The position numbers and the translations under genes were made by a program. The notes below the pieces were generated by a model. It had not been told where the DNA came from and did no database searches. It saw nothing but the letters and a program-made list of their open reading frames with translations. From Raillietiella orientalis (taxonomy: Eukaryota), in contig JAYWIR010000024.1 of the NCBI GenBank assembly GCA_036172245.1, positions 2,294,001-2,358,000 on the forward strand: DNA of 64,000 bases, written 5' to 3'. How positions within the stretch are numbered: position 1 is the stretch's first letter; each line of letters begins with the position of its first letter. Below are positions 35,694-48,649 of the stretch, piece after piece.

Positions 35694-38600
35694 GTTTGCC
35701 ATCCATTCCATTCACGTGATTTCTTGTGACTGTTCGCAAAGCCCGTCCTCATAGTAATTCCTTTCAAACAAAGCAAAAAGCGCCAAAAGGGTGCTTCACT
35801 CGTATGAGGGGCCTTCCCTATGAGACATCTCGGAACAGGGATTCAGGAATTCAGCAGCAGAAGTGTTCAAGTTTATGGGAAGGGAGGGAAATTACTTATC
35901 ATCTCCTTCTGTGCAGAACTCAGTGAGCTTTCACATTCACAGATTCCGACCTTTGAGATCCCTTCCATTGTCCTCAATCCCATCCATGTTCCCTAAACTC
36001 CGACTCCTGGTCTGACGGTTCGTTCTGTCAGTTCCTGCTGTTTTTCGGTCCCATCTGCCGTTCTCGTCAGGGATCAACAGCCGGATGGGCTGACTTTCCT
36101 CTTGAAACGTGCACTGAAGTGTGGACATTGGCACACTTCTTTATGTTGGTTTTCCAAAATGGAAGACCTCAGACTGCGAGGTGTTACCGAAGGATGAAAC
36201 AGCACTCTTCAGAAACGTACTGTTTTTACGACTTATTTATTGCCGTTTTATCTGATAAAGAGTCAGTAAAAATGGAGGGAGACCACAGTAGGATTACTCG
36301 GTTCTCATTTCACGAATCATCTACTTATGTGCCAATGTGCTCGGGAGTGCACCGACTCAGAGCTCAACCCTTTACTTCCTGAGACGTGTTCAATGATTTG
36401 GAAGTGGATTGCAGCTGCATGGACTCTTAAATGCCTCCTTTATTTTTTGAATTCTTCCCTACTGAGTTTTTAGTCCTGAAGATTTCCGTTTTTTCCTGGT
36501 GCTCTCTAAAAGCGAACCTCCAGGGAACGATTGAGAAAAAGATTTCCAAGGAAGCTTCTGTTACATAGAACCATCAATTTTCATGGTAGGAAGGCATTTC
36601 GAAAATTTTTTCCCCCAATTTTCGATTCAAGCTTCATTCTGAGAATGCTCTTCTTAAGGTGGCGATGCGGTTCGAAACGGATGATTTCATTCCCTCAATC
36701 AGTTAGACTGAGGCCGATGATCACCGGAAATCATAGAGCGAGATCGGAGGAACTTTGAGCATCTGAAATTCATGACCGATTTGTTTCTTGGTGATGTTTT
36801 TTTTTCCACATTGCAAAAAAGAAACGTTTCGTAGTGTTTTTATTACTGAAAAATACATAAAAAAAGGTTTGTAGTGACTAACTTGGAGGATTTCGCGTCT
36901 GTTCCCTCTGATGGTTTCCCCGCCCCTCGGATGCAAGGCGTAGAGAATCTCTCGAAATCCCCCGCAGTGTTTTTATTATTGAGAGTGAAATTGAATTTTT
37001 TTCTTGAAATCATAGCGGAAGTCCACCAAAAATTGAACTTTGAAGGTTTCCATAGTTTAAATATTTATGCAAAGAATTCATGCAATCCTCGTAAATTTGC
37101 AGATAAAAGGAAATCTTGTTTCTGCAGCGGGGGTGGGTTGGCAGAGAACGCCAAGGAAACTGACGTTGAGAGGAGGAGCTTCCATGGAAAGAGATGCATT
37201 CTTTTCAGATGAGATGCTGGACACAGAATATATCACGTGGCGCGCATCCGACGACGTTGCAAGTGGCACGCCCTGGAAAAAAAAAGCTGTCAGCTGATCT
37301 TTCATAACGAATCGACATCTCTCAAGCACAATCAACCTACCAACAATTCATCATAGCTGCTAATGCTGATCAGCATCCGCAACCTTTCTATCCTTCGAAA
37401 AGGGAATTTTGAAAGCTGCTACGTTAGACCTATGAGAAAGAGTATGTAATTGTACACATTTGGATGTATTGGGTTTGCGCAGAACTTCCCGAATGAGAAA
37501 ACCAAGAAAAGAGATAGATTTCAAAAAGAAGTGTCTTTAGTACAAGAGTGGACCTACACGGGTTTGTAACCAGAAATACACAACATGACCTTGTTGTTTC
37601 CCTGCCCCGTCCTTGTAGCAGTGTGTTTACAAATGCGTTCTTTGATATGTATGGCAGCTTCCAAAATAATAAAGAATTCCTGAAGCAGGTGGAAAAACGC
37701 AGAGGTGTTACGACACAAGACGGAAGAAACAAGAATTTCCGAACGAAGCCCCGGAGGCATAAATATGTAGACATTGCTTGCAGTTGACTTTACTTGTCCA
37801 TCCGTCTTGAAGAGTAACCACAACTGCAGCCTAAGAGAAGTTTGAGCGGACAGGAAAAGCATGGTCTCGTGAAGGATACGGAAGCGGTTCGAGAATATCG
37901 GTCATGACAGCCATTACCACAATCTAGAAAGCCACCAGGCGTAAGCCAAGTCTTCTGTGCAGGAAGAGCAGTTTGCATTGCAGTGAGGCATTTTCCAAAC
38001 GATGCCTGCGTCATCCATTGAACACGTCAAAGCCACTCTTCCTCTTTGCAACCATATCTCTGCATATTTTCCTTCTACGATTGAGGAATTTATCTTGAAT
38101 TCGGGATCGCATCAAACAGCAAAGGCGTACCAAAAACTCGGATGCGCGCCACGTGACACATTCTGTGTCCAGCATCTCATCTGAAAAGAATGCATCTCTT
38201 TCCATGGAAGCTCCTCCTCTCAACGTCAGTTTCCTTGGCGTTCTCCGCCAACCCATCCCCTCTGCAGAAAGCGTCTTCTTTGCAATGATCAAGAGAGACC
38301 CACGTGGCATGAGCGTTCGCTGCCATAATTTATATGCAAAGTCCACTTTGGACTAGAGCACAGCATTCTGAAATTGTCATCAATGGTCGTCAATTTGGCG
38401 ACACCATCGTACAGACAAAAAACGACGCCCAAGCGGAATGTGGAGAGACGTGAGCAGAGTAATTGGTGCTGCAACATGGAAAAAATATGCTGAGGATTTT
38501 TCGAAAATTTCTCCCGGATCGGACGTTTTTTGTTCTTCCTTTCTCGACTACCCGAAGTTGATCTTAAGACAAATGGATTGTAAAAATGGTACATGATCTT

Positions 38601-41600
38601 GAATATCTTAACAAAAGGGGACTCCATGAATCCTTTCCTTGCTTCTGAAGGAGAAAAATGTGCCTTTTAAGTATAGGAGTAGAAAAGGATGTGAATTCTC
38701 GAGAATATCTCTCAAGGTTTGTAAGTGTTGTGAATCCAAAGGGAACAACTCGTTCGCTCCTGCTGAAGTAGCAGGAAGCGTGTGATTCCTGAATTCGAAG
38801 CAGAAGAATTTGCAAGGAACCGGATTTTCAAAAGACATTTCTCGAAGAAAAATGAAATTCTTGCCGGAGCAGCCAAGAAGGGATAAAAAGAAGGCTCAGC
38901 GCTTTTCTGTGAGCTGCACCGACCACGGAGGGACTCCTTTCAATGGGAAGAGGTCGGAATATTTCGTGCCTTCCAGCAATCTTTTCATTCCTCATCATGC
39001 TCTGATTCAAACGGGAGTTTCAGTGCCAGCTTCAAGGAGGTTCCAAAGTTTCGGCTCCCCCGTTTCTGGGGGGTACCTCCTTTGGGTTATCCGGGAGCGA
39101 CATCCAGACTACCACTTTCGCCGTGGCAAGCAAAGTGTCGGGGGTATTCCTAGGCGTGGGTTCTTCCCCTGTTGTTGCGCCTTTGCAGTTCGGCAAAGCA
39201 AAGTCTCTTACTTGAAATTCAAAGAGCTACAGAATGCTGCGTGCCATTCTCAAGCAGCTTGTCTGGAGCTCTCCTTTGCAGTGACCGTGGCGTTTGCTGT
39301 CCGAAGTCATTTGAAAACCCATTCACCTGATTCCGGAGCAGCAACACGGGTCGGCTTTCGTCTGACTTGAGATGTGAATCGGTGGATCAGATCTGGTCGC
39401 GAAGCAGTGGCCATAAAGATCCCGAAAGATCATAAAAAGTGCATATGTAAGTGTGTGCCTATGTATATATATGTGGCATACATGCGTGCATATATATATA
39501 CATACATACGGTATATATATATCATCTGTATACATATGTGTGATATACACGAATATAGTTCATAATATGTTTATTATATCTGCTGATATCTAAATTTTCA
39601 TATAAATTAATCTACAACTTCATAGATACAATAAAAATTTTAAAGATAAACCTATACGCTCATTGTATATAGATTTATATATAGTAAACCTATCATGAGT
39701 TATATCAATGCATACCATCAAATTATCAGCTTTCATGATGTCTATGCAACGTGCGAGTGTCTTCAAACCCGTTGTAAAGATGGTCGAGAGTTTTAGAGAG
39801 AAGCCTTGCAGAAAGAAGGTCGCAGGTCGCACGTCCTGTGGTTGCAAGAATGTGACCTATGGGAGCTGTGTGGAGGGCGAAACAGTCGGGTATCTATCTA
39901 TTCTTCAAGTTGAACGGCACGATTTCCTGGTGACACGTGGGAGGCTTCAGCGGAGGGCGTTACAGCCCATTCGGTGAAGTTGCTAGGGAGAAACATGGCA
40001 AGCAGGAGAAGAGGCTTCTTCTCGAAGGAAAACTTGAGGCAACGACCAAGCTGTTCCAGCAAGGTGCAAATCTTCGTCTAACAGTGTACGGGTTGATTAG
40101 CGTACAGTTCTTCACTTTATAAGTCTGGAGAACTCCTTCCTCGTGTGAAGGATTGAAGAAGGACCCGAAAAGTGGAAATCACGGGGAATGGTGGGCCTCG
40201 ATCGGCAGTGGCCGACGAGTCTCGAGTTTCACGAGTGCGGACCCCTTGCAGCAGCACCCCAGTTTTGTTCGCACTTTTTGGATGCTGCTTATCGGCAAAT
40301 ATACGAGCAGAATTTCTTTTGCTCAGAGTGCCTCGCCAAGACGAATGAGCTTTTTCTTGAGTTGTACTGCTTTTGCTCGTTGATGAAGCGACGTTCAAAA
40401 GGGTTTGCATGCACCTCGGGGCAACATTTCCCCTCCCACCAGCTTCGAGCCGACAGAAATTGAAAGTAGAGAGAGGGAAACGCGAAAAGAATACTTTGCG
40501 GCACGCAAAGGTTCGATGAAAGCCGAACCTTTTTAGGCATCCGATGGTGTATCCGTGGTCATTTCCAAAGATGGACGAGGAAGGAAGCTTCGCTGGCAGT
40601 CCACTCTTGGCTATATTTGCTCTTTATTTCTTTTTCGAAAAAAGGACAGGCTGTTCACGAGATCCCTTTCGTTCAACTAGCTGTTCCTGATGTCACTCTA
40701 AAATCATTCCAGATCTCCTCGTCGTGTCTGAATACCCTATCTTCACACTGTACGCTCAGAAAATATGCTTGGATGAGTCCACGAGCTGCGACAGAGCTTG
40801 GATGTTCGAAAGAGTATCTGGCCATTTCCTCGCTGGAGTGATACGCAAAGAGTTCCCTGCTGAGTCCAAAGAAGAGTGCATGGAGATGTGCCTGAAGGAA
40901 ACGGAATTCATTTGCAGGTGGAGTGATTTTTTCTTTTTGTTTTTCCTTGTGCTCTCCCATTTGGGCATCTGTGAATCGATTTATCTAACGAACGGCACTC
41001 GGCGCGCTTTCCTTTTCTTAAGTAAAGAGATCAGGACAGGTGGATGGGTAAACGAATTTGTAAGGAGCAAAAGCTCCTGAACTTCCTGCCGGTTTCATCA
41101 AGCGAATCTCCTCCAGCTGACCTCTCTCCAGTTGCTCGCCTCTGGAGATGGTACATGCAGTCCGATGCGTGTTGTCCTCAGAGGCTATCCTTCTTTCTGT
41201 GAAGCAAGGGAAGCACCCAAAGGGAATACGTGCTCCGAGGAAGGGCTCCCATACCCGAAGACCTGCGGTTTTTGAACCCGCAGCACGACGGTTTGGCTGC
41301 AAATCCAATTGAAGAGGGAAGCACCGTTCTTTCATGCAGCTGCATACGTGAGGGCTCGCGCGAAGAGCTCCTGTGCATCCTTTGTCGATGGGCAATTTCG
41401 ATTCCTCATCCGAGAGAAAGGCACAATGATGTTCACAGTCTGCAAGGAACTCGGATCACACTTGGACGAAATTCGTGGCAGCTTCTCAGCGTCATTAGAT
41501 GGGGAAAATTTGAAGCGCAGCACGGTGACTTCAACGGCTGAACGCATGCTGTTAGGAAGGATTCGCAATGCACGTTTCGTGAAGGCGACCTTCTACCCTG

Positions 41601-44600
41601 GAAGTCCCTCAGAAGACTCTTTCATCTTCATCGGAATAGTTGCAGTGTGTTTATTGAGACGCTGATCTTTGATGATTGTGACCGGAATGACCCAGCTTGG
41701 TGGGTCTTGAGAAGGGCACACTCCATTCTTGTGAACCTGATGTCTTTACGTCTTTCTTCTCTGGGAAGCTGCCGAGTCGACCTGTCCGATCTGAAGGTCT
41801 CGGAGAGAAGACAGGAAATTGCTTGCATGTGGACCTTGCGGATTTGAGTGCACGGCAGGTGGTTCGGAATCTCAACTCAGGTGGACAATCCACCAATCGG
41901 ATGCGAAACGCTACCGCTAAACATTATTCTGTATTCTATCCCGCTCGTCAGTGATTTTGAAAGGCAATGTAGAAACGGTTTAGTCTTCGAAGGATTTCAG
42001 CAAGAAGAAAGAGAGTACTAAGAAAGAATTGAACCAAACTCATGTTCCCCGTACGGAATCAGGTGCGATACGGATAGGGGAGAGTTAATCTACCAATTTC
42101 ATGTGGATCTTCTGGCTCGAATTGTGATCAGAGAGAAGCCTTTTTATCAACTGAGGCTGGTGAGCATTGACCATCAAACTGGAAAAGGGGTACATGCTAG
42201 GAGGAATCTCTTGACTCATCTGGCCCCCACAGGAACAAGACGCCAATCGAGAAAAGCGAGGACATTTGAAGGGTCAAAGAAGATTGTGAGCACCTACCAA
42301 CCATGGGCTCCAAAGTCCCTGTGCGACTATGGTTATCCAGGAATCCTTACGACATAAGCACGGACGTCACGGAGAGCAAGAGGGAATCCTTTGTCTCGGT
42401 GGCAAAACGATGAATGTGGAGACGAGGAGAGACGCTTTGGTATGAGATCATTCCAGGTCACATCGCATCCCTCGTGTCTGTTGCTTGCAGCAGCATTCTT
42501 CGAAAAAAAAAAAAAAAGAAATTCTCCGTTGGAAGATGTTCTGCTCACTGCCAGGATCAGATCTCATCCAGCATCTCTCGCACCGCAAAGGGGAACTTAA
42601 ACGATAAGCACGCAGTCAGAATCCTTAAATGCTTGAAGAAGATTGAGCATTTAAGGATTGCCACTTGCCTTTTTATGGTAACAGCCTTCTTGGAAAAGGA
42701 AGCTCAATGAATGAGGACTCCAGACTGCTGCCTGGGGCAACTCGATAACATGTTCGAGAGACTTTCTTTCAGAAGAATGAAGAAAATAAGAAAAGAAAAT
42801 CTCTCTAGCTGGCCTAGTCAAGCCCTCCTCCTCAGAGAAAGAATCGCTAGTTGTATTTCGGAATATCCTGCTGAAGTGGAGCACACCGGAGAAGATGTGC
42901 TTCGTCTGGAAAACCGAGTTACATATCTGCTTTCACGTACGTTTTCCCTCTCACTTCAGATCAGAGAACCATTTGTCCTCGGATTGAGCAAGAGCTCACG
43001 TTCAGGAGCTTTTCCTTCGTGCTGGTGTGTGCTCTTCTCGATTCCCTCTTTGTCCGAATTAGTTCGGTTCGTTCCTTTTGGGAAAGACTCATAGGATGCA
43101 AACAGCATCAGTTGCACGGAGGCTTCCTGTGATCCGTTCACTTTGCTGAAAGGCGATCCGTGTTGGGAAGTCATTGTTTTTTCATGGGCTTCAAGGTGGA
43201 GGGCAGGATGGCTTTGCTCAAAGGAGACACTGTGGACATCCAAGAAACAAGAAAAGGTCTTGGACTTTTCTTTTCTTCGTGATTCTCTGCTCGATCGAGG
43301 TGATGGGTTCGTTTTGTTCGTCGACGAATCCATCCAGGTTTTGTTAGAACATCGGTTTGCATTCCTGATGTAACGATTCCTATTGCTCGTTGAGTGACGT
43401 GTCCTTTTTTATGATGACTGGATTCTTATTGCGGATGGATTCTTTCCAGATCGGCGAACTTCAACAGCAAGGATCAGTCGTGCAGCATCTCGGATAAGGA
43501 TCGTCACACGCACAAGTCTTTCGTCGGACTCGAAAAAGGAGAAGACATCGAATACCTGGAGAACAACTGCGTCAGGGAGCCTGTGAAGAAGTGCCGCTTC
43601 CAGAATATAATCGGGAAGATCATAAAGACTGTGGACTCGGTGTTCACTAACGTGGACAGCTTGGACCTGTGCCACCGACTCTGCATGACGGCACCTTACA
43701 GATGCCACTCGTTCGACTACAACGACACGGACTTGAACACCTGCAGGATCAGCCACCACTCGGAGGCCACGTTGCTGCATCTGAAGCAGCCCTACCTGGA
43801 TATCCCGGAATCCTCAACGTACGAGCTAGGGCCTTGCTACAACGTGAGCGTCCACTGCCATGACACGAAGATGCTCGTGAAGGTGCTGAGCAGCAAACTG
43901 TTCAACGGGAAGATCTATGCACTCCCCAACCCGGAAGGATGCGCCGTGGACGTGGACCAAAGCCTGGAGTTCGAGCTGCACATGCCGTACGGCAGCCCGG
44001 ACTGCAACGTGAAGCAGGAGCTGGAAGGGCTGTTCAGCAACGAGATCGTCATTCAGCACCACGACGTCGTCCTGACCGACGAAGACCTGCAGCTCATCGT
44101 GAAGTGCCACTACCAGCTCTTCAACACGACCGTCACCAACGGCATGGGTCTGAAGGTGAGAGGGGTCGCTGCCACCCTGTCCGAGGAGAAGTCGGCGCTG
44201 CACTCGCCGAACGTGCTCATGAAGATCTACGACCTGAAGAACAATGAGGTATCTGCAGCCGAAGTGGGTGACCCTCTGCTGGTGCGGTTCGAGATCCAGG
44301 ACGAGGGTACTCCGTACGAGATCTTCATCAGGGACATGACAGCGGTGGACGGCCTGGACTCGAGAGAGATCCACCTCATCGACGAGCACGGATGCCCCGT
44401 GGATTCGATCGTAAGCCCGCTCAAGCGGTCCTCTGGCAGCCCAAGGGATCTCGAGACGCACTTGACGGCCTTCAAGTTTCCCGCTACGGATGTGGTCCAG
44501 TTGCGCGCTCTAGTGACCCCATGCTTTCCCAAGTGCAAGCCAGCGATGTGTCAAGTGCCAAGCCATCCTGAAGGCACAGAAATCTCTCTAGGCAGGAGAA

Positions 44601-45001
44601 GGAGGAACCCTCCGGAAGAAAAGAAATCCAGCGAATTCCTGGTCGTGAATTCGATCCGCATCACGGATGGGCAGAACCCTCCGAAGGGAGAATCTGCCCT
44701 GGACCCGGCTGCTGCCATAAGAGAAGGAGAAAGGAGGAATTTTGAGGAAAAGGCCCGCAAGTACGACGGCGGCGCAGATAGCGCGGAGGTCCGGCAGTCC
44801 TTCGCGTCCACGGAAGGAGCGTGCATGGGGCTCGCGGTCCTGGCAGCGGGAGGAGTGGCTCTCCTGGTCGCCGAGTCGGTCCTCGTCCTGCTGACTTACT
44901 GCCTCTGTGTGAGAAGAAGTAGGCTGATCCAGGAGCGGCAGAGCAAGCAGCTCCTCTCCCGGATCGTACACTCGAATTTCTCAGGAATGCCCGGGAGGTA
45001 G
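35438..45001 (+). CDS. PAN/Apple x3 + ZP-domain transmembrane protein (neyo/nyobe-like paralog B), ~670 aa
   Basis: Exons 35438-35693, 40713-40917 and 43450-45001 splice in frame (2013 nt, GT-AG). Encodes a signal peptide, three PAN domains, complete ZP-N + ZP-C, GRRRR furin site, TM helix (LAVLAAGGVALLVAESVLVLLTYCLCV) and a short tail. Confidence 0.93.
37119..38270. repeat. 133-bp inverted repeat (37119-37251 / 38138-38270)
   Basis: The arms are reverse complements with 5 mismatches by manual alignment; spacer 886 bp; no TSD seen. Confidence 0.92.
37119..38600. mobile_element. Rearranged hAT transposase remnant
   Basis: Minus strand 38560->38138 has AYFFHVAA (A.F.HC.AH) and a TRW-like motif. 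Plus strand ~37815-37910 has VTTTAA.RSLS..LVK (P.TTA..ERSFS dimerisation motif). Confidence 0.5.
39440..39560. repeat. (TA)/(CA)-type low-complexity tract
   Basis: Alternating purine-pyrimidine run: tatgtatatatatgtggcatacatgcgtgcatatatatatacatacatac.. Confidence 0.7.
39740..40260 (+). mobile_element. RTE-like non-LTR 3' remnant
   Basis: VTYGSC...ILQVERHDFL (L.YG.E.W...L...E...LR) and a terminal W...R motif. Confidence 0.33.
40713..40917 (+). CDS. Paralog B coding exon 2
   Basis: Acceptor cattccAG|; DLLVVSEYPIFTLYAQKICL..CDRAWMFERVSGH..CMEMCLKETEFICR; donor AG|GTGGAG; 205 bp. Confidence 0.92.
41100..41600 (-). mobile_element. Possible piggyBac transposase remnant
   Basis: LRF..ND..K, LPIDK (SIDE) and AKPSCCGFK (KP.K.G.K) occur in order across frameshifts. 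Confidence 0.3.
43450..45001 (+). CDS. Paralog B coding exon 3: PAN2 end, PAN3, ZP, furin site, TM
   Basis: Acceptor ttctttccAG|A; SANF..YLENNC..IIKTVDSV..CHSFDY..CRISHHS..CYNVSVHC..IVIQHHD..VGDPL..LIDEHGCP..AFKFP..TPCFPKC..GRRRR..TM; TAG at 44999-45001. Confidence 0.95.
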
Positions 45002-46849
45002 CTGGGATCTTGCAGCTCGTTCCTGCGCCCCCAAGCGGGAGCGCCTAACCGGTGCCATATCACATTAACCAAAAAGAAAAACCTAAAAAGAGTAAGAAGA
45101 AGAATTCTCGCCCTTTCTCGGACCTCCTCTTTGCTTCCTGAGGGATTTCCCAAACGACCCCCTAGTCCGCACCGTTCCTCTCAGAGGAGTTCGTCTGGGA
45201 ATGCATCCCACTGAAAATGAAAAAACACAGAAGAAAAAAAAAAGGATGTCAAGACGGAAGCAAAGAGAAGGAACATAGAAGGGTCAACATGTCGGTAGGA
45301 TCATCCAATGCCCGTCACTCCCAACGGAAGGTGTGCTAATACACCACTCCAGAGTGCAGTCACTTGAAGGGAACCACTGCGGTGCACATATCTCAGATGG
45401 CCCAACCACTTGTTTCCGCATGCTGGAGAGAAAGACCTGCAAAACTGCAGAGAAGGCTCACTTCTATCCCTCACTCGTTCCTGGAGACGAAGACAGTGAA
45501 AATACCTGAGAACTGAGAAGAAAAGGAAGCTGCGGAACCGAACCTTCTAAGACGGGGAGAAGTACTCCCCGTGGAGGAATATCCTTTGCTTTGCCTTTGG
45601 TGGTAACCTTAAGGACGAGGTGCCACCAGGTTGACTGCACAAATTCCTCCTATCTAGTCTGGGTCACCTTGCGAATGGTCCACGGAAGGAAATTCACCAT
45701 AGAGGAGGGACGCAGCACAAGAACAGTGACACCAAGGATGCAAGGAGCGGAGCAGAGCGACCGCGACTCCGCAACTTCCGAATTTCCATCTCGAGGCATG
45801 GTGACTCCGTCCCCCAGCGAATTAGCGGATTGGCGTCCATCCGGGAGAATCACGGACTCCACCTTCCGTCTACACCTTCAAAGAAAAAGTTCTTTAAGGA
45901 AGTCGTGGGGTGGTCGTCGTCATGGTCATGAAACGAAGACAAACTCGCAGGGGAAGTCTCCAGAAGAGAGTGGGCTGATCCACCGTCGGGAGAAAGGAGA
46001 GGGAAAGAGACCTCTGGATATCTTCGGAGACGAATCCCGCAAGATGTGTGCAGCAAATCCGCGCTTAAGATCTCGTCCTTCAGAGTCTTCCGAAATCGGC
46101 ACCAGAGCGGGTCGAGAAGGTGACCTTAAAGAATGGCAGGAGATTTCAAAGAGGAAAGCCGGGAGACGGGTAACAAGACATAGAGTCGATAGCAGAGGAT
46201 TCTGATGATAAAAAGTTCGGGGTTCTTCTTGTGCTGCAAATTTGGCTTTCTCGCTAGCTCTTTGGCTGCTATCGTCCCTTTTTCGATTTTCAGATAAGCG
46301 GTCCAATCGATTGCTCTTTCAGAATCCTGAAGAGTTATCTGCCTATTCCAATTTCATTTTCTCAGATCAAGCGCGACATGAAGATGGATCAAGAGGCATC
46401 TTGTGCTGCTTGTCCTAATCATGCAAGAAGCGAAGCTCTGAACACGTCCGAGAGATGCCCAACGGCGTACTCCAGGTTACAGATGGAGCACGGAGATTGA
46501 GCCACAGACAAAAAACACGCACACACGCATTAGACAAAAACCCCTTTGAATATTCAGATCGCTAAAGGGGGGGGCGACGGAACCTCCCTTTCCCCCCCTT
46601 TAGTGATGAAGGTTATCGAAATCCGAAGGAATCCGGAGGTTATCCTATGTTTTTCATGTTCCACCTTGGGATGGCACAGTCTGAGGATGACCCGCTAGAT
46701 GTCAGAGAGCTTCCATCGCCAACTTCGGGATGGTGCCTGAAAGCGAACTGTTCCGTTTTCAGACTGTGTGAATCATTGAAGAGGAAACAGCAATCTCTCA
46801 TCCGAAAAGGCGAACGCAGTTCTGGAGAGAGACAACCAAGCGCAGACAG

Positions 46850-48050
46850 CAGGAAGGGCGGGTGGGTGCTGGCAGGAACCGGGTGGGGACATCGTCCGAT
46901 GGAAAGAACGCCCACCCTCGGACCGTTTGGGCTGACCTCACGCACGCAGGTCGAATGCCGACATGCACGCACAGGGCTCGTTTGACCTGAGGTTGTCTGA
47001 GGAAAGTGGCGCGGGTGTGGTTCTTGTCTTGCGCGGTCGCTCCACTTGTTGACCGCGCATCAGCTCGTGGCCAACACGTCCAACTCGCGGATAGCGCCGT
47101 TCTTTGAATTCACTTCGAAACCGAACCTAATTGAGCGCTGCATGACCGCGATGGGGATCACGTCTGCTTTACCTGATGGAGGATGCTGTGCAAGGCTGGC
47201 GTTTTTATCGAGACCATATGGAGGGCAGGGATAAGCTGGGATAAGTCGCGGTGGTCACCAGACTGCCTCGGAACCGCTCGAGAGGCAGTCAGCCATCTGC
47301 ACTCCGGAGAACCGAATAGGCAGACTATCTTTCCCACCTTCGCCTCCTTCATCCCGAGCAAGCAGCGGGCTAGGAAAAAAGTCGATTGACAATTCTCCTT
47401 GCTTTATTGCCGCTTTATTTCCTTATGGGTGTGCACCCAGCATGCCGGAGGTAAGAGACGTACAATGTCCACTCCTTTCGCAGCCACACGATGCTGCGGG
47501 TGACGTCCTGTAGTTCTCGGCACAGCTTGTTTTCGACGTCCAATCAAAGTTTCAGCTTATATCCCGCAACCCCTGATGCATTCGTGCACGCCCTGTCCTT
47601 CCTGATATGCTGAGCCTGCGTCACCTAGCGATCTACGGTCCTTACACAGCCTAGTCGTTTGCTGGATCCCGAGCATCCAAAGAGGATCACCGCCACCGAG
47701 CATGCGAGGCGAAGCAAACAGCCTGTCCTCCCTCCAGGCTTCCCTCGTTTCATTGCCAAGACTCTTCACGGGCCACCCTTGCTTCGTTCGTCTTCTCCCT
47801 GGGGCCAAAGCCAGGTCGAAGAAGCTCAGGGTCCGTAGCAGAAATGGGATGCTTGCGGGTCCACCTTCATCCCGTCCACCAGTGTAACAAGCGTTCCGGC
47901 AATGGGGAGCGAATTGCCTGAGCTGCGGATGGAGAAGCCAAACGTGAAGGACCTTCTCACTCCGTGCGTCTGCTGCGCCTGCGGTTGCTGGCCATTCCGG
48001 CGTGGCTCGCACAGGGCGGCGTATTCAGCTAAGTCTCGTGGTCAGAACTG
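46850..48050 (-). mobile_element. Tx1/L1-clade RT remnant
   Basis: 47600-47800 is a direct copy of 50750-50950 (KQGWPVKS.G.ET). Downstream are LLDVENKL and decayed VKQ..P and ADD-like motifs. Confidence 0.5.
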
Positions 48051-48649
48051 CAAATCGTGAACCTCGGATGTGTTTTACGGAGAAAGCAGAATAGCCTCCC
48101 TTTTGGAAGCTGAATTCTTATGACGGGCGACAGCATGTGGCTTAGGATCGTAAGGAATGCTGGAAACAAAAAGCATCCTGGTGTTGATTGAACGACGCCG
48201 CTTCACCTATTCGGGTGCAGCACTGGCAAAATCCGGCAACCAGATGCCCCCGTTGACCAGACGGGATTGCAAAATGACCGTCCAAGGTCCCTCCTGGAAT
48301 CAAGGAGCGCAAGATCCCTTAGAGGTTCCTCTCCGTTTGGAAACATCGAGCGAGTTGACGCTCCCCCGGGGAGCGTCAGCTCGATCTCCAGAATGTAAGA
48401 AGCGCTATGCTCCCATCAAGGCTCTCTTTAGAGAAGGAAGCAAAGCACCGTTTCCTTTTGGAATTCCCATCCGGTAGTAAAAGAGGAGCCATCCTTCTCC
48501 TTGAAGGGGCACCCTCCATCGCACAGATCTGGTAGAAACCGACCTCAGAGGGTTGCATCTTCAGACTATAAGAAGGGCCTTGCTCCCATCGGGACTCTCT
48601 TCAGAACAGGGAGCAGGCATGCCGATCCTTTCTTGGGAAGAGTTGGAAT

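Noticed and set aside
43409..44971. Several overlapping alternative-frame and antisense ORFs
   Set aside because: Shadows of the GC3-rich ZP exon.
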